Shown here: positions 21,544-32,453 of the stretch, piece by piece | Numbering within the stretch: the first letter of the stretch is position 1 | Layout of the letters: each line of letters starts with the position of its first letter | Assembly: GCA_965240325.2 (NCBI GenBank) | Contig: OZ251250.1 | Coordinates: forward strand, 496,001 to 560,000 | Origin: Rebecca billardiae RCC1528 | Taxonomy: Eukaryota > Protista > Haptophyta | Direction of reading: 5' to 3' | Length of the DNA stretch: 64,000 nucleotides | Program-made: the position numbers and the translations under genes | Notes under the pieces: generated by a model | What the model was told of the DNA's origin: nothing | Seen by the model: only the letters and a program-made list of their open reading frames with translations | Database searches by the model: none

Positions 21544-22723
21544 AATTCTATGATTTAAAGACACAGGCACGAGGGCGCAGCTCTCCTGATTCGTCTGTCG
21601 AAGTACTGAATGGAGTTAGTGGAGGATGTCGCTGGAGCGCGTTGGCCGCGGGTGAGGGAGTCGTCGTAACCGATGCTGATCACACGGTCACTGAGGTAGT
21701 AGGCGCCCGGGGATGCCGCTGTTTTGCAGTCGTCGTCGGCCTTGGTCATCATGTAGTTGCCCGCGTCGTCGTCGTCCCGAGGCTGTTCAAGTTGATGCCG
21801 TAGTGCGGGTAGTGGATGTGGTCGCCCGGGCCGGTGTGCGCGGCCTAGTGGCCTTGCCGAGTTGAGGGAGTAGTCGCCCTTGCCGTTGAGGAAGTCGTCG
21901 TCCTTGCCGTTGAGGAAGTCGTCGCCCTGGCCGCAGAGGAAGTCGTCGCCCTTGCCGTTGAGGAAGTCGTCGTCCTGGCCGCTGAGGGTGCCTGCGCTGC
22001 CCAACCGGGCGCGTCTGGCGCGCCAGCGCCGCGCGCGGCTCTACGCCAGTGACGGCGGCACGGCGGCAGCCAGGTCACGGGGGGGGTCGGCGAGGGACGC
22101 GGTGCGAGCCTGCTTGGCCGGCTTGGCGTCGCTCCCGCCAGCGGAGGAGGGCCCATCCTCCTCCGCCGGCGTGGACGGCTCGGTCGCCGCGCGCTTGCCG
22201 GCTGCCGCGGCGCCGGGGGGCAGGACCAGGCGGTAGTTGGACTCCCCGAGCGCCGGCCTGGCCTGTTGCACCTCGGGCCCGTCCGACGGCGCGGCCGCGG
22301 TTGGCGGCTGGGGTGGCGGGATGGCATCGTCGGAACCCTCCCCCTCGGGCTCCTCCGCCTCCGGGCCGGCGGGGTCCGCCGCCTGTTGGTCGGCCGGCTG
22401 AGGAGCAGGGCGGCGCGCAGCGGCGGGCGGCGCGGGCGGCACAGGCGGCGCGGGCGGCACGCCCCACAGGTTGTGTGGGACGCGGGCGGCGCCGGCGATG
22501 CGGCGGCTCGGCTTGAGCGGCGCGAAGAAGATGGGGTGCTCGGGGTCGATGGGCATGAAACGGAGGCGGAGGAAGATCAGGTTCACACCGCCGGAGTAGA
22601 TGTTGGTCTCGACGTGCTCACCGTTGGTCACGTACTTGTTGATGTCGGGCACGATCTGCTCGTAGAGGGCCCTGTGGAACTGCACGAGCGTCATCGTGGG
22701 GCTAACCGGGAGCGTGAGGGACA
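21544..22723 (-). mobile_element. 5'-truncated retroelement-like insertion with GGACT target-site duplication
   Basis: Flanked by ggact at 21539-21543 and 22724-22728. 21540-21598 is the exact reverse complement of 14256-14314, the LINE 3' end. Contains an ORF remnant ending at 22041 (SLTLPVSPTMTLVQFHRALYEQ...). Confidence 0.7.
21852..21988. repeat. 24-bp minisatellite (ccttgccgttgaggaagtcgtcgc), about 5.5 copies
   Basis: Direct reading; appears as (G/D)DDFLNGK repeats in ORF 21555-22004. Confidence 0.85.
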
Positions 22724-22731
22724 GGACTCTG

Positions 22732-25198
22732 AGAGCAGCCCACAGCGGAATAAGGGGTTGGCCACTGCGGCGCGCCCTTCCCGCGGGAGGGTTGGCCACT
22801 GGCGCCGCAGTGGCCAACCCCCCCCCCCGGTGGCCAACCCCCCTTCGCCGCCGACGGAGCGCTCCGGGGGCGGCGCGGGCGGTTCGGGTGGGCCCACCCG
22901 ACCACAATGACCCGCGCCGGCCACCGCAACACCGCCTCGCGACCCACTTCGCGCCCCGCGGGCACCTCGCAGAAGCGCGCGGCCCCACTGTGCTGGCGGC
23001 GCGTGCCCAGCGCGCGCTGCCGAGCGAGTGTGCGCGGATGGCGCGGGTTCTCCGCGGCGCGGAATGTCGGGGATGATGCAGTCGGTCGTGTCGCTGTGCA
23101 GCGCCAGGTCTCCGGCAGGTTCGCGCGCTGTCACGACGCTGCCCACCACCGAGCGCGGATCCTGCGCTGGGACGGCCAGCTGGGTGCCTTGGCGAGTGCG
23201 GCGGATGGCGAGAGGGATACGGGCGCGCTCGACCGTCGCGAGCGTGGAGAGGAAGCACGTACCTGCGCGCAAGCTCACCCTGGTATTCGTCCAGCTGGGC
23301 ACACTTGACGCGCTACTGGCCACACGAGCACACGGCGACAAGCCGACCCGGGCACTCAGTCTGAGCTCAGCTTGCCGTGCGCACGGTTGACGTCGGTCGG
23401 TGCTCAGGTGTCGCAGACTCTGCGGGCAGGCCGGTCTGGAACGGTATGAGGGGTGCCTGCTGAGTCGCGCTCGGGGTACCGTTGCCAGCACTCACCAGTA
23501 CTAGCAGCTACGGCTTGCTGACTGCGGCACATGTAGCAGCAGTACTGAGTATGCTGCCGCGACCGCCCAACTGTGTGGTAACAGACCGATTCTATGATGT
23601 ATAACGACACAGGTATACGACGGCGCAGGTCTCTTTATTTGTCGTCGGCAGTGCTCGATCGTCATCGACAATATTAAGTCGGCGTTGGTGGGCAGAGCTC
23701 CGCCAGCACCGCGATCGAACTGCTGCGGCGGGATCCACCTGCACCGTGCGGCAGCTCGCATGGGCCCGTGCTGCGCCGGACTCCGCCCCTAGTCAGGGGC
23801 GAGAGTGCAGGGCTAGATGTCATCAGGCGGCCGTCTCAGCGGCTGGGCCTGGCGAGTGGTCCGACGGTGATGTAGTCGTCCCCGTGTGCCCTGCGCGGCC
23901 GCGTGCGCGCTTGCCGCTCTGCTCATCTAGCTGCATGTCTGTGTGAGTGTGTGACACCGCCTGACAAATCGGCGACTTATTTTCGACTTTTCGTCAGTTT
24001 TATTCTTTTTGTTTCCAATCGTCCTGATATTACGCACGTTAAGCGCGCGCGAGGCGTGAGGCGCTGCGGCCGTCGAGTTGCCGTGCGAAGGCGGCGCGTT
24101 GCTTGCGTGGCATAAGCGCGCTCGTCATACTGCTCTCTGCTCCCCGCGGCTTGCTCCTCGTCGACTTGGCCGCGCCTATGATCAGCGCGCATGCAAGCGT
24201 CGCCTCAGAATGAGCAGTCCGCGCCGGCCTCAGCCGTGTGCGCCCGCCTGGCGCGCGATGCGATCATCTCGGGACACGAGCTGAGAATGAGCGAGGAAGC
24301 ATATCTATGTCGCAAGCCGCGCCGCCTTGAGCCACCGATCGTGCGTTTTGATGCAGCTTTAGACGGCTGTTGATGAGTGCGAATCAGCCTGCACGAGCCA
24401 TGCATGCGATGGAGATGAACCAACCGACCGTAAGCGCCTTGAAGCGATGAATCGGAGTCTTCGGGTTGTGTGTGGGCGCATCAACTTGTGTACATCTGTA
24501 TGCAACGCCTGCGCACGTGGCTGTTGTCATGCCATGCCTGAGTAGTTACTCGAACGAGTAGTCCTGTCAAGGGCTCGGCGCCATTCGCAAGGGCAAGAAG
24601 AAAAGACGCGTGCGAGGTGCATGGCATGCGAACGATCGGTAGCTCAAGCTGGCGCGGCTTGCGCGCAGGTACATGCTTCCTCTCCACGCTCGCGACGGTC
24701 GAGCGCGCCCGTATCCCTCTCGCCATCCGCCGCACTCGCCAAGGCACCCAGCTGGCCGTCCCAGCGCAGGATCCGCGCTCGGTGGTGGGCAGCGTCGTGA
24801 CAGCGCGCGAACCTGCCGGCGACCTGGCGCTGCACAGCGACACGACCGACTGCATCATCCCCGACATTCCGCGCCGCGGAGAACCCGCGCCATCCGCGCA
24901 CACTCGCTCGGCAGCGCGCGCTGGGCACGCGCCGCCAGCACAGTGGGGCCGCGCGCTTCTGCGAGGTGCCCGCGGGGCGCGAAGTGGGTCGCGAGGCGGT
25001 GTTGCGGTGGCCGGCGCGGGTCATTGTGGTCGGGTGGGCCCACCCGAACCGCCCGCGCCGCCCCCGGAGCGCTCCGTCGGCGGCGAAGGGGGGTTGGCCA
25101 CTGGGGGGGGGGTTGGCCACTGCGGCGCCAGTGGCCAACCCTCCCGCGGGAAGGGCGCGCCGCAGTGGCCAACCCCTTATTCCGCTGTGGGCTGCTCT
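22732..25198. mobile_element. Non-autonomous PIF/Harbinger-like DNA transposon with ~543-bp TIRs and CTG target duplication
   Basis: Arms 22732-23274 and 24657-25198 are near-perfect reverse complements starting AGAGCAGCCCACAGCGG; ctg on both sides (22729-22731, 25199-25201); subterminal GGTTGGCCACTG repeats; no transposase seen. The superfamily call rests on the 3-bp CWG TSD and the GAGCA terminus. Confidence 0.8.
23588..23750 (-). mobile_element. Diverged copy of the short element family, inside the Harbinger-like element (right boundary approximate)
   Basis: attctatgatgtataacgacacaggtatacgacggcgcaggtct...aagtcggcgttggtgggcagagc aligns with 11358-11475 and 30757-30892. Confidence 0.55.
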
Positions 25199-25213
25199 CT
25201 GACTCTCACCGGA

Positions 25214-28200
25214 GGCTTGGGGAGCAAACCCTCGGGATCGGGCGATGGCGACCAATCTGACCCGCACCACGCGCGCTGCGCAGGCTGATGCGCGGCCCTC
25301 GCGGCGCGCACGCCCGCGCGCGCCGGCCGGATGGCCCCGGGAGACATGGAGGATCATCCCCGCCCCTTCTCGCCCCGCACTCTCGCCTCTCTCCGCCGCG
25401 CAGGCCTGCTGCATTCCGCCCGGCCCGGCCCGGGCTGCGGCCGCGCGCTCTCGAGGCTGCGCGCGTGGCCCATCCAGGGCGAGTTTCGAGGCGCTCTCGG
25501 GCTTGGCACGTCGGGGCACATACATGGGCAACTGCTGCAAGCGCGCTCGCCCGTGCGCGCGGCGAGTCGCCGGCGCTGGGCGATCTGCTGAGGGTCGCGC
25601 AGTGTCGCCAACCGCTGCCATCTGAGACGAGTTGCGTACGCGCCCACTGATCGGTCACGTCGGCGCGTGGAGACGGGCAGATTGCGGCCTAGATACTACG
25701 CTCACACTAGCCGTCGATCGCGGGCGTGCGGGCGGTGCAGCCTAAGCTGAGGCGCCGGTCGGGCGCGCCGACCGGCCCGGCAGGCCGGGCAGGGGCGGTC
25801 CGCGGCAGACAGGTTGCCAGCCGTTGGTAGTGCGAAGTTCAGGCGGCAGTCGTCGGCGGCGGCGGGGCCGGCCCTAGTAGTGCGTGAGGCCCGCTGGACC
25901 CGCAGCCTCGGCGCGCGTGCGCTGCTTCACGCCGACGTGCGGGATGAGGATCGACCGGCCGCGGCGAGCCTCGGCGGCCTAGTGCGGTGCGCGGCCTGAA
26001 GGCTGAAGCTCGCGCGGCCGCGCCCCATGTTGGTGAATGGGCATCGGAGTCGCTGGCTGCGACGAGTATCGCCCGCGCCGCTCAGGCGGCGGCACTCCAG
26101 CTTCAGCGGGCAGCGCGCGGCGTTGTGCGCGTGCTTCACCACCATGACCAGCGCGAAACCGAGCAGCGGCACTCGCGGTGCAGGTTGGCGCGCCGCCGCC
26201 TTCGAATCGCCCGCGTGACTAGTTTGCTGAACGTTGCTGCGGCGGGGCTGCGCGCCGTACGGTCGGCCCCGGCCAGCGCGGCGCTGGGCGCGCTGGACTG
26301 CTCGAGGCCGAGCCGCCGCGGCAGCGCGCCAACTACATTATTCCCGCCAGTTTAGTTACTATACTACGACTATATATACATATATGTATAGCAGGGCAGA
26401 TAGGAACAGCAGCTAGCAATACTGCTGTTATTATTACAGTGTGCCGGTGCGCCCGCACCGTCGAGAGCTCAGCTAGACGCCCGACTGCCCACCGACAGGC
26501 TGCGCGGAGCCGGAGCCGGAAGCGGCGTTGCCTGCCGCCGGAGGCCGGGGGGGCGTGTCGACGCCCAGGAAACGCTTCTGCGCGCCCTTCGGATCGAGGT
26601 GCCGCGTCGCCGGCGGCGTCGGCTCGACCGACGACGGCGATCGACCGAGCAGCTCCTTCTGCATAGCGTACGTCCGTTCCGGCGTGAGCGTCACGGCCTG
26701 CTCCACGTCGAGAGGCAACTTGCGTAGCTTCGCGCGGTTGTACTCGTTCAGCGGCGTGGCCTCGCGCTGGAGCCGTGAGAGGCGCATGCGCTCCTCGCGC
26801 ACCTCCTCCTCCAGGACGGCCCGCCTCCGTGGCGTGAGCGCCGCCACCTCGGCGTGGATGTTAGCCATCGTCTCGGGCATCGTCGCCTTGATTGGCGCGT
26901 GAAGGGCGACGAGAGCCGGCACGTCGTTGACCTGAGGCCAGCTCGGGCGCATCGGGTCGCGCATCGCCCGGCGCAGAGGCTTCACCGCAGCTTGCCGGGC
27001 GGCCCACCACTTCCCCGCGTCCTCGTACCGCTTGCGCTCCGTCGCCTTGCCCTGCACGTGCTTCCGGTGCGCCTCCTCCGCTCGCGCCATGCCGCCCGGC
27101 GAGAGGTTGGCCCAGGCCTCCTTGGCCTTGCGCTGCGCAGCGCCGACATCCAGGGAGCCCGACGCCCCGCTCACCCGTCGCTGCTCGCTGACGTGCGCGT
27201 TGCGGAAGAGCGTCGCCGCGTTGATGGCGAGCGTCGGCGTCGGGAGCGGGTTGAAGGCGGAGAAGTCGCGCGTGTCCTTCTCCGACCGGCGGATGGCGCC
27301 GCGCGCGTAGTTGGCATGGCCAGCGTTGGTCGCGGGCGGCAGCTTCTCGAGAGGCAGAATGGCGACGATCGTCGAGGCGATGAACTTGGCGCGCGTGTCG
27401 CCAGAGAGCTGCGCGGTGCCGCCGTCCCACTGCACGCAGAGGTGCACGTTGTCCTTGATCAGTGCCGACTGCACCTCCGCCTCGAGCTTGTCCGACGAGG
27501 TGTGCTTGGATGGCCCGCGCCGACGAGCCGAGCGACTCGACTGCGCGCGCGGCCGCGTCGTCGCCGCTCTCGCCGCGGCTGCGCAGGACTTTGCCCACGC
27601 CTTTCAGCAGGCGGGCAAGCTGGTTCGGTGTGGAGTCCATGATGCTCAGCAGCTGCACCTCCTTCGCGATCGCCTTGAGCGGCAGCGCGTTGTTCTTGGC
27701 GCGCTTGCGCGCGGGTGTGCGCGCGTCGTCGTCGCCCTCCGAGCTGCTCTTCTCGTAGTCGGCCTCGTCACCCGAATGCTCCGAGGACTCGCCGGAGACG
27801 GAGCCGCCGTCGTCGGCGGCGGGCGCGAGGGCCATGATCTGGCGGAGGTACGACGCGAGGCGCGCCTGGCCCAGCGGCACGCCGCTCTGCACGATCTCCT
27901 TGCGCATAGCCTGCACGCGCGCTCGCGACGCCTCGACCGCTTCGGGCGAGAGCGCGAGCAGCCGCGCGTGCATGGCCGCGCCGTTGCAGATCGTCCCGAT
28001 GCCAGCGAACTCGCGCTCGAAGTGCTTGACGGTCGCGTCGGCGTCGCCGGTCGGCTGCGCTGTGAGGAAGAGAAGCTCCTCCTCCACCGCTGCCGGCAGC
28101 AGCTTCTTGGTCGCAAAGCCAACGAGCGCCTCGACTGTCACGCGCGAGCTCTCCACAGCTACTGTCTCGAGGACTGGGAGCTCACGCGATGCGGTCGGCG

Positions 28201-29064
28201 CGGCCGGCCGCACGCCCGACCGACGCGCCGCCGGCGGCTGAGGCGCGACGGCGGCTGCGCGCGCCTGCGCGCGCTGCTTGAGCGCGCGCACCTCGACCGG
28301 GAAGCTCGCGTCCATGCCGCAGAAGGCTGCGTCGATCGCGTCGAGCTCTGCGGCGCGCGCGGCGCGCAGCGCAGCCGCAGCCTGGCCGACAATCTTGTCG
28401 TGCGCGAGCAGGTGCTGCACGACGGTGAGCACGGCGTCGGCGGTCATCCATGGCACATGCGACAGATGCGGGCGACCGAGCTTATGCTTGCCCGCACGCT
28501 GCGCTTCGGTCAGCTGCCTGCGGTGCGTCTGGGTTTTGAGCAGCAGGTAGTGAGTCGGCGCCGTGAGTGCCGCGGCGCCAATGCGCACGGCTTGCAGGAG
28601 CCGGCCGTCCACAAAGCGCACGGGGCTGGTGAAGCTGTGCGGGAACCAGCACGGGGCGAAGATCGCAAAGAGTAGGCGGTCAGACGCCTGCGCATGCCAC
28701 GCGCTCGGCAGTATGGCCTCGTTGTCCGCCGTGAGCGCGAGCGCGTACACGTCGAGGCCGCCGGCCGAGATGACGAGCTCGGCGTCCCACTCTTCAGGGT
28801 TGTCGTCTTCGAGGAGGAGGTCGATCTGGGGCAGAGATGGCAGCGCGGCGCTCGCCTGGCCCTCGTCAGGCTGCGAGCTCATCCGCGCGGCAGCTTCGAG
28901 CAGCGTACCTCCCGCCGTCAGCGCCGCAGGGCAGCGGCGGCCACAACCTCGCGAGGGCCGAGGTCCAACGGACTCGCAGAGGCGGGCAAGGGGTGCGCCG
29001 CGACGGGGGGGGGGGGTCGCGGCGCACCTCGCTCGCCCGATCCCGAGGGTTTGCTCCCCAAGCC
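25214..29064. mobile_element. DNA transposon-like element with perfect 32-bp TIRs
   Basis: ggcttggggagcaaaccctcgggatcgggcga (25214-25245) is the reverse complement of 29033-29064. Target duplication is GGA, or CGGAG/CCGGAGG if the ends are drawn 1-2 bp further in. Confidence 0.85.
26473..28882 (-). CDS. Element-borne hypothetical protein (~783 aa) with HMG-box-like C-terminal region; putative intron 27541-27598
   Basis: MSSQPDEG starts at 28882. A 58-nt GTGGGC...GCGCGCAG intron joins it in frame to ORF 26473-27474, which contains P..AINAATLFRNAH...AQRKAKEAWANLSP...ERKRYE (HMG-box pattern). Confidence 0.6.
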
Positions 29065-29256
29065 GGAGGACTTTCAACTTCACGGACACGCTGAGCTGCC
29101 CGGCCGGAGCGCCGGCGATATCGAGCCGATACCGTCGTACAGGGGAAGTGACGTTCGAGTCTGAAAAGCGTCGGCGTGGGTGCTCGTCAACTCGAGGCGC
29201 GCGCGACGGCGGGCGCGGCCAGGGTCGTGGTCGCCTTCCCAGCCAAGCTGGCCGGC

Positions 29257-30426
29257 ATGGTCGGCCTGAAGAGCCGCAAGTGCGATCACACGGGCTGCAC
29301 CACGCAGCCTTACTTCGGCATGCCGGGCGACGCGCGTGCGAGCCGGTGCGCTGCGCACAAGCTGACAGGCATGGTCGACCTGAAGAGCCGCAAGTGCGAT
29401 CACACGGGCTGCACCGCGCGGCCTTCATTCGGCATGCCGGGTGACGCGCGTGCCAATCGGTGCGCTGCGCACAAGCTGGCCGGCATGGTCGACCTGAAGC
29501 ACCCCAAGTGCGATCACACGGGCTGCACCACGCGGCCTTACTTCGGCATGCCGGGTGACGCGCGTGCCAGCCGGTGCGCTGCGCACAAGCTGGCCGGCAT
29601 GGTCGACCTGAAGAGCCCCAAGTGCGATCACACGGGCTGCACCGCGGGGCCTTCATTCGGCATGCCGGGTGACGCGCGTGCCAACCGGTGCGCTGCGCAC
29701 AAGCTGGCCGGCATGGTCGACCTGAAGAGCCGCAAGTGCGATCACACGGGCTGCACCACGCAGCCTTACTTCGGCATGCCGGGTGACGCGCGTGCCAGCC
29801 GGTGCGCTGCGCACAAGCTGGCCGGCATGGTCGACCTGAAGAGCCCCAAGTGTGATCATGCCAGCTGCACCACGGGGCCTTCATTCGGCATGCCGGGCGA
29901 CGCGCGCGCCAGCCGGTGCGCTGCGCACAAGCTGGCAGGCATGGTCGACCTGAAGCACCCTGAGTGCGATCACACGGGCTGCACCACGCAGCCTTACTAC
30001 GGCATGCCGGGTGACGCGCGCGCCAGCCGGTGCGCTGCGCACAAGCTGGCCGGCATGGTCGACCTGAAGAGCCGCAAGTGCGATCACACGGGCTGCACCA
30101 CGCAGCCTGCGTTCGGCATGCCGGGTGACGCGCGCGCCAGCCGGTGCGCTGCGCACAAGCTGGCCGGCATGAAGAGCCATCGGAGTTCAGGTCGGCACAA
30201 GCGCGGGCTGCAGCAGGACATGAAGAGCCCCAACGAAGTGACGAGCGCCGCCAAGCGACAGCGGAAGCGCGCCAGCAGCACAGCCACTGCTCCGGACGTT
30301 GTGGCAGCGCGGCGGCCGCGATCATCGCAGCTGCCGCAGCTGGTCACAGCCAGCGTCGTCTCGACGCCGTCGTGTGAACGACCCGTGGTGATGGCCAGGC
30401 GTGTGACCGGGGGGAGCCGGGCCTGA
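29257..30426 (+). CDS. EsV-1-7-like repeat protein, copy 6 (8 repeats)
   Basis: ORF 29176-30426, first ATG 29257; tail and 3' flank most like copy 1. Confidence 0.8.
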   Translation: MVGLKSRKCDHTGCTTQPYFGMPGDARASRCAAHKLTGMVDLKSRKCDHTGCTARPSFGMPGDARANRCAAHKLAGMVDLKHPKCDHTGCTTRPYFGMPGDARASRCAAHKLAGMVDLKSPKCDHTGCTAGPSFGMPGDARANRCAAHKLAGMVDLKSRKCDHTGCTTQPYFGMPGDARASRCAAHKLAGMVDLKSPKCDHASCTTGPSFGMPGDARASRCAAHKLAGMVDLKHPECDHTGCTTQPYYGMPGDARASRCAAHKLAGMVDLKSRKCDHTGCTTQPAFGMPGDARASRCAAHKLAGMKSHRSSGRHKRGLQQDMKSPNEVTSAAKRQRKRASSTATAPDVVAARRPRSSQLPQLVTASVVSTPSCERPVVMARRVTGGSRA

Positions 30427-31032
30427 GCAGCAGCATCACAGCTGCGTCGTCATCAGGACGGCAAGGGCCGACCCGGCACCGTACTAGGCAATCTCGCCTG
30501 CCTGAGCTGTGTGCCCGGTCTCTCGGTAGTCTGCCGCCGTTAGTCGTTACGGACACGGTATATATATATATATATAATACAGTAACTGCTCGGTCGGGCT
30601 GCTGTGAGCCTGTGAGCTGTCCGATATTTGAGTCCGAACCGACTACCGTCTCACTACCGAGTCCCTGAGTCTCCGTGCCACTAGCTGAGTCCGACCGTCT
30701 CACCCGTCACCGGAGGACTTCACGGACAGCAGAGTCACGGTGAGCTCATTATTATATTCTATATATATATATATATATATGATTTAACGACACAGGTAGG
30801 ACGACGCGGGTCTCCTGAGACCTGAATCCTGATTCGTCCGGGGCGGCAGTGCCCGATCTGCGTCGACACGAAGTCGGCGCTGGTGGCAGAGCATAGCCTG
30901 CACTCCGCGAAGTCGTAAATAAAGCTTGACGGCGCGGCCGCCCGCGCGCGGCCTTGAGCTGCTGTGTCTGCTGAGCCCACGGCCGGAGCGACGGCGATAT
31001 ACGGCCGAGGATACTGTATCAAGGGGCTTACA
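30427..31032 (+). repeat. Paralogue of the copy-1 3' flank (3886-4016 plus 11197-11613): empty site for the copia insertion, with the short element at 30747-30954
   Basis: Shared ggtcgggctgctgt, ccgatatttgag, ctcactaccgagtccctgagtctccgtgccact, ggaggacttcacggacagca and gatactgtatcaaggggcttaca; only a short (TA)n at ~30559-30576. Confidence 0.85.
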
Positions 31033-31356
31033 TATTGTCTGCTCAGTAGAATTAGATGCCGGAGGACTCTACGCACTCTGAGACTCTACGGTGAGCAGCC
31101 GGAGCAGACGGCGACATCGAGGTCAGCGCTACTATTACTATAATACTAGTAGTATATAGTTATACTACTAGTGAGTACTGATGATGCTGCGCGATTTACG
31201 GTGGGGCGAGGACGACTGGCGCTGGCGCGCCGCGAGGCGGCCGCCGCCAGCCCTCATCCAGGCCTCGCAGCCGCAGGCGGACGGCTGAACGATTTTTTCC
31301 GGCGGCGCTACCATCGGCGACGGCTTCATGGGCGGTGACAGTTGGCGGGCGTCAAC

Positions 31357-31462
31357 TCTCGCCTGCCTGAGCTGTGTGCGTCTCTTATTCTTAGTAAACT
31401 GTACCGAGTTTACTAAGAATAAATAAGAGACGCACATGTACAGCTCTAAGGGGCAGGCGAGA
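31357..31462. repeat. Imperfect hairpin built from the 3' flank of the repeat-gene family
   Basis: tctcgcctgcctgagctgtgtgcgtctcttattcttagtaaact / gtaccg loop / agtttactaagaataaataagagacgcacatgtacagctctaaggggcaggcgaga. Confidence 0.8.
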
Positions 31463-31524
31463 TTAGTCACATCACGGCCACGCGATAGGACGCACCGCAG
31501 GCTTCTGAGACAAACGCGTGAAGC

Positions 31525-31538
31525 GAGTGCCTCAGGAG

Positions 31539-31579
<41 letters not shown>

Positions 31580-31592
31580 TCCTGAGGCACTC
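31525..31592. repeat. 14-bp inverted repeat enclosing a C38 homopolymer
   Basis: gagtgcctcaggag-(C)38-tc-ctcctgaggcactc. Confidence 0.85.
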
Positions 31593-32453
31593 TTCGAGTC
31601 CGGGCGCGGCCGCCGCTGCCGCGGGCGCTGCGAGGTTTGAGTCCGGGTCGGGCCTTCCCACGTCGCGCCGCCGCGCGAGAACCCGACGTAGGCCGCGATG
31701 ACGTCCCCGCGCGCGCGGCGCGTGGTGCGCCGAGCAAGAGCACGTGTACTGCCGCCCTCTGCCGCCGCTCGTCACCTCATCTCACCCGCGTTGCTCAGCA
31801 CGGGCGCCGTGCGACGCCGGCGACGTGACTCAGCTTGCACGCGCCGGATGTGAAGCTGCACCCAGAGGCCGAGCTGCGCTCTAGCCCCTCGTGCGCCCGG
31901 TGGGCAGCGTGCACATGGATGTTATGCGTTTTCCCTGCGCTCAGTGGTCTGTCTCGAGGCGTCTCTAGAGTGAGTTGTTGGCTCTGCTACACGACTGCGT
32001 TTGAATTGCGTGTGTCGACGCACTCTGTCATGCCCGTGCGTGGGCAGTGTACGTCCTCAGGTTGCGGGCGCACGCGCGCGCCTGGTCGCAGGAAGCACAG
32101 GCCTACCCGACACCAACGATTTTGGGTCCTGCACGGTCATCAGGTGGGTGCAGTGCACGTGCGTGCGCGGTGCGAGTTGCATCCAAGCCGCGACGCCTTT
32201 GCGCGCACTGCTCGCGTTGGCGGAGAGAGGCGAGGAGCGACCGCCGACGCGTACCCGGTGGCTACGTATGACCTTGGTCGACTACCAGGCTCGTCGCGTC
32301 CGCGCGCACGGGCCGTATTCGTCCGCACCGACGCTCGCGAGGTACGCTCGCAGCGGCACCGGGGGCACGGTGCCGCCCTTCAGGGGTTTGAGTCATAAGC
32401 CGCACCGGCAGGCGCCAACCGGTTTGCCGGCTTGCCGCTCAAGTCCTTGGGCG

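Noticed and set aside
14256-21598. 59-bp inverted pair as TIRs of a transposon carrying copies 2-5
   Set aside because: Weak similarity continues outward rather than inward, no outer TSD is seen, and the right copy belongs to an insertion with its own GGACT duplication. Kept only as a minor alternative.
22041-23258. 405-aa ORF as one gene
   Set aside because: It spans the boundary between the Harbinger-like TIR and the adjacent insertion; only 22041-22723 is a plausible ORF remnant.
15121-30325. Long antisense ORFs over the repeat genes (2840-3784, 15121-16947, 17146-18255, 18446-19531, 19815-21287, 5' part of 26861-30325)
   Set aside because: Shadow frames of a stop-free GC-rich repeat. 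The 1154-aa ORF is a chance fusion across a TIR boundary; only the part from 28882 down looks coding.
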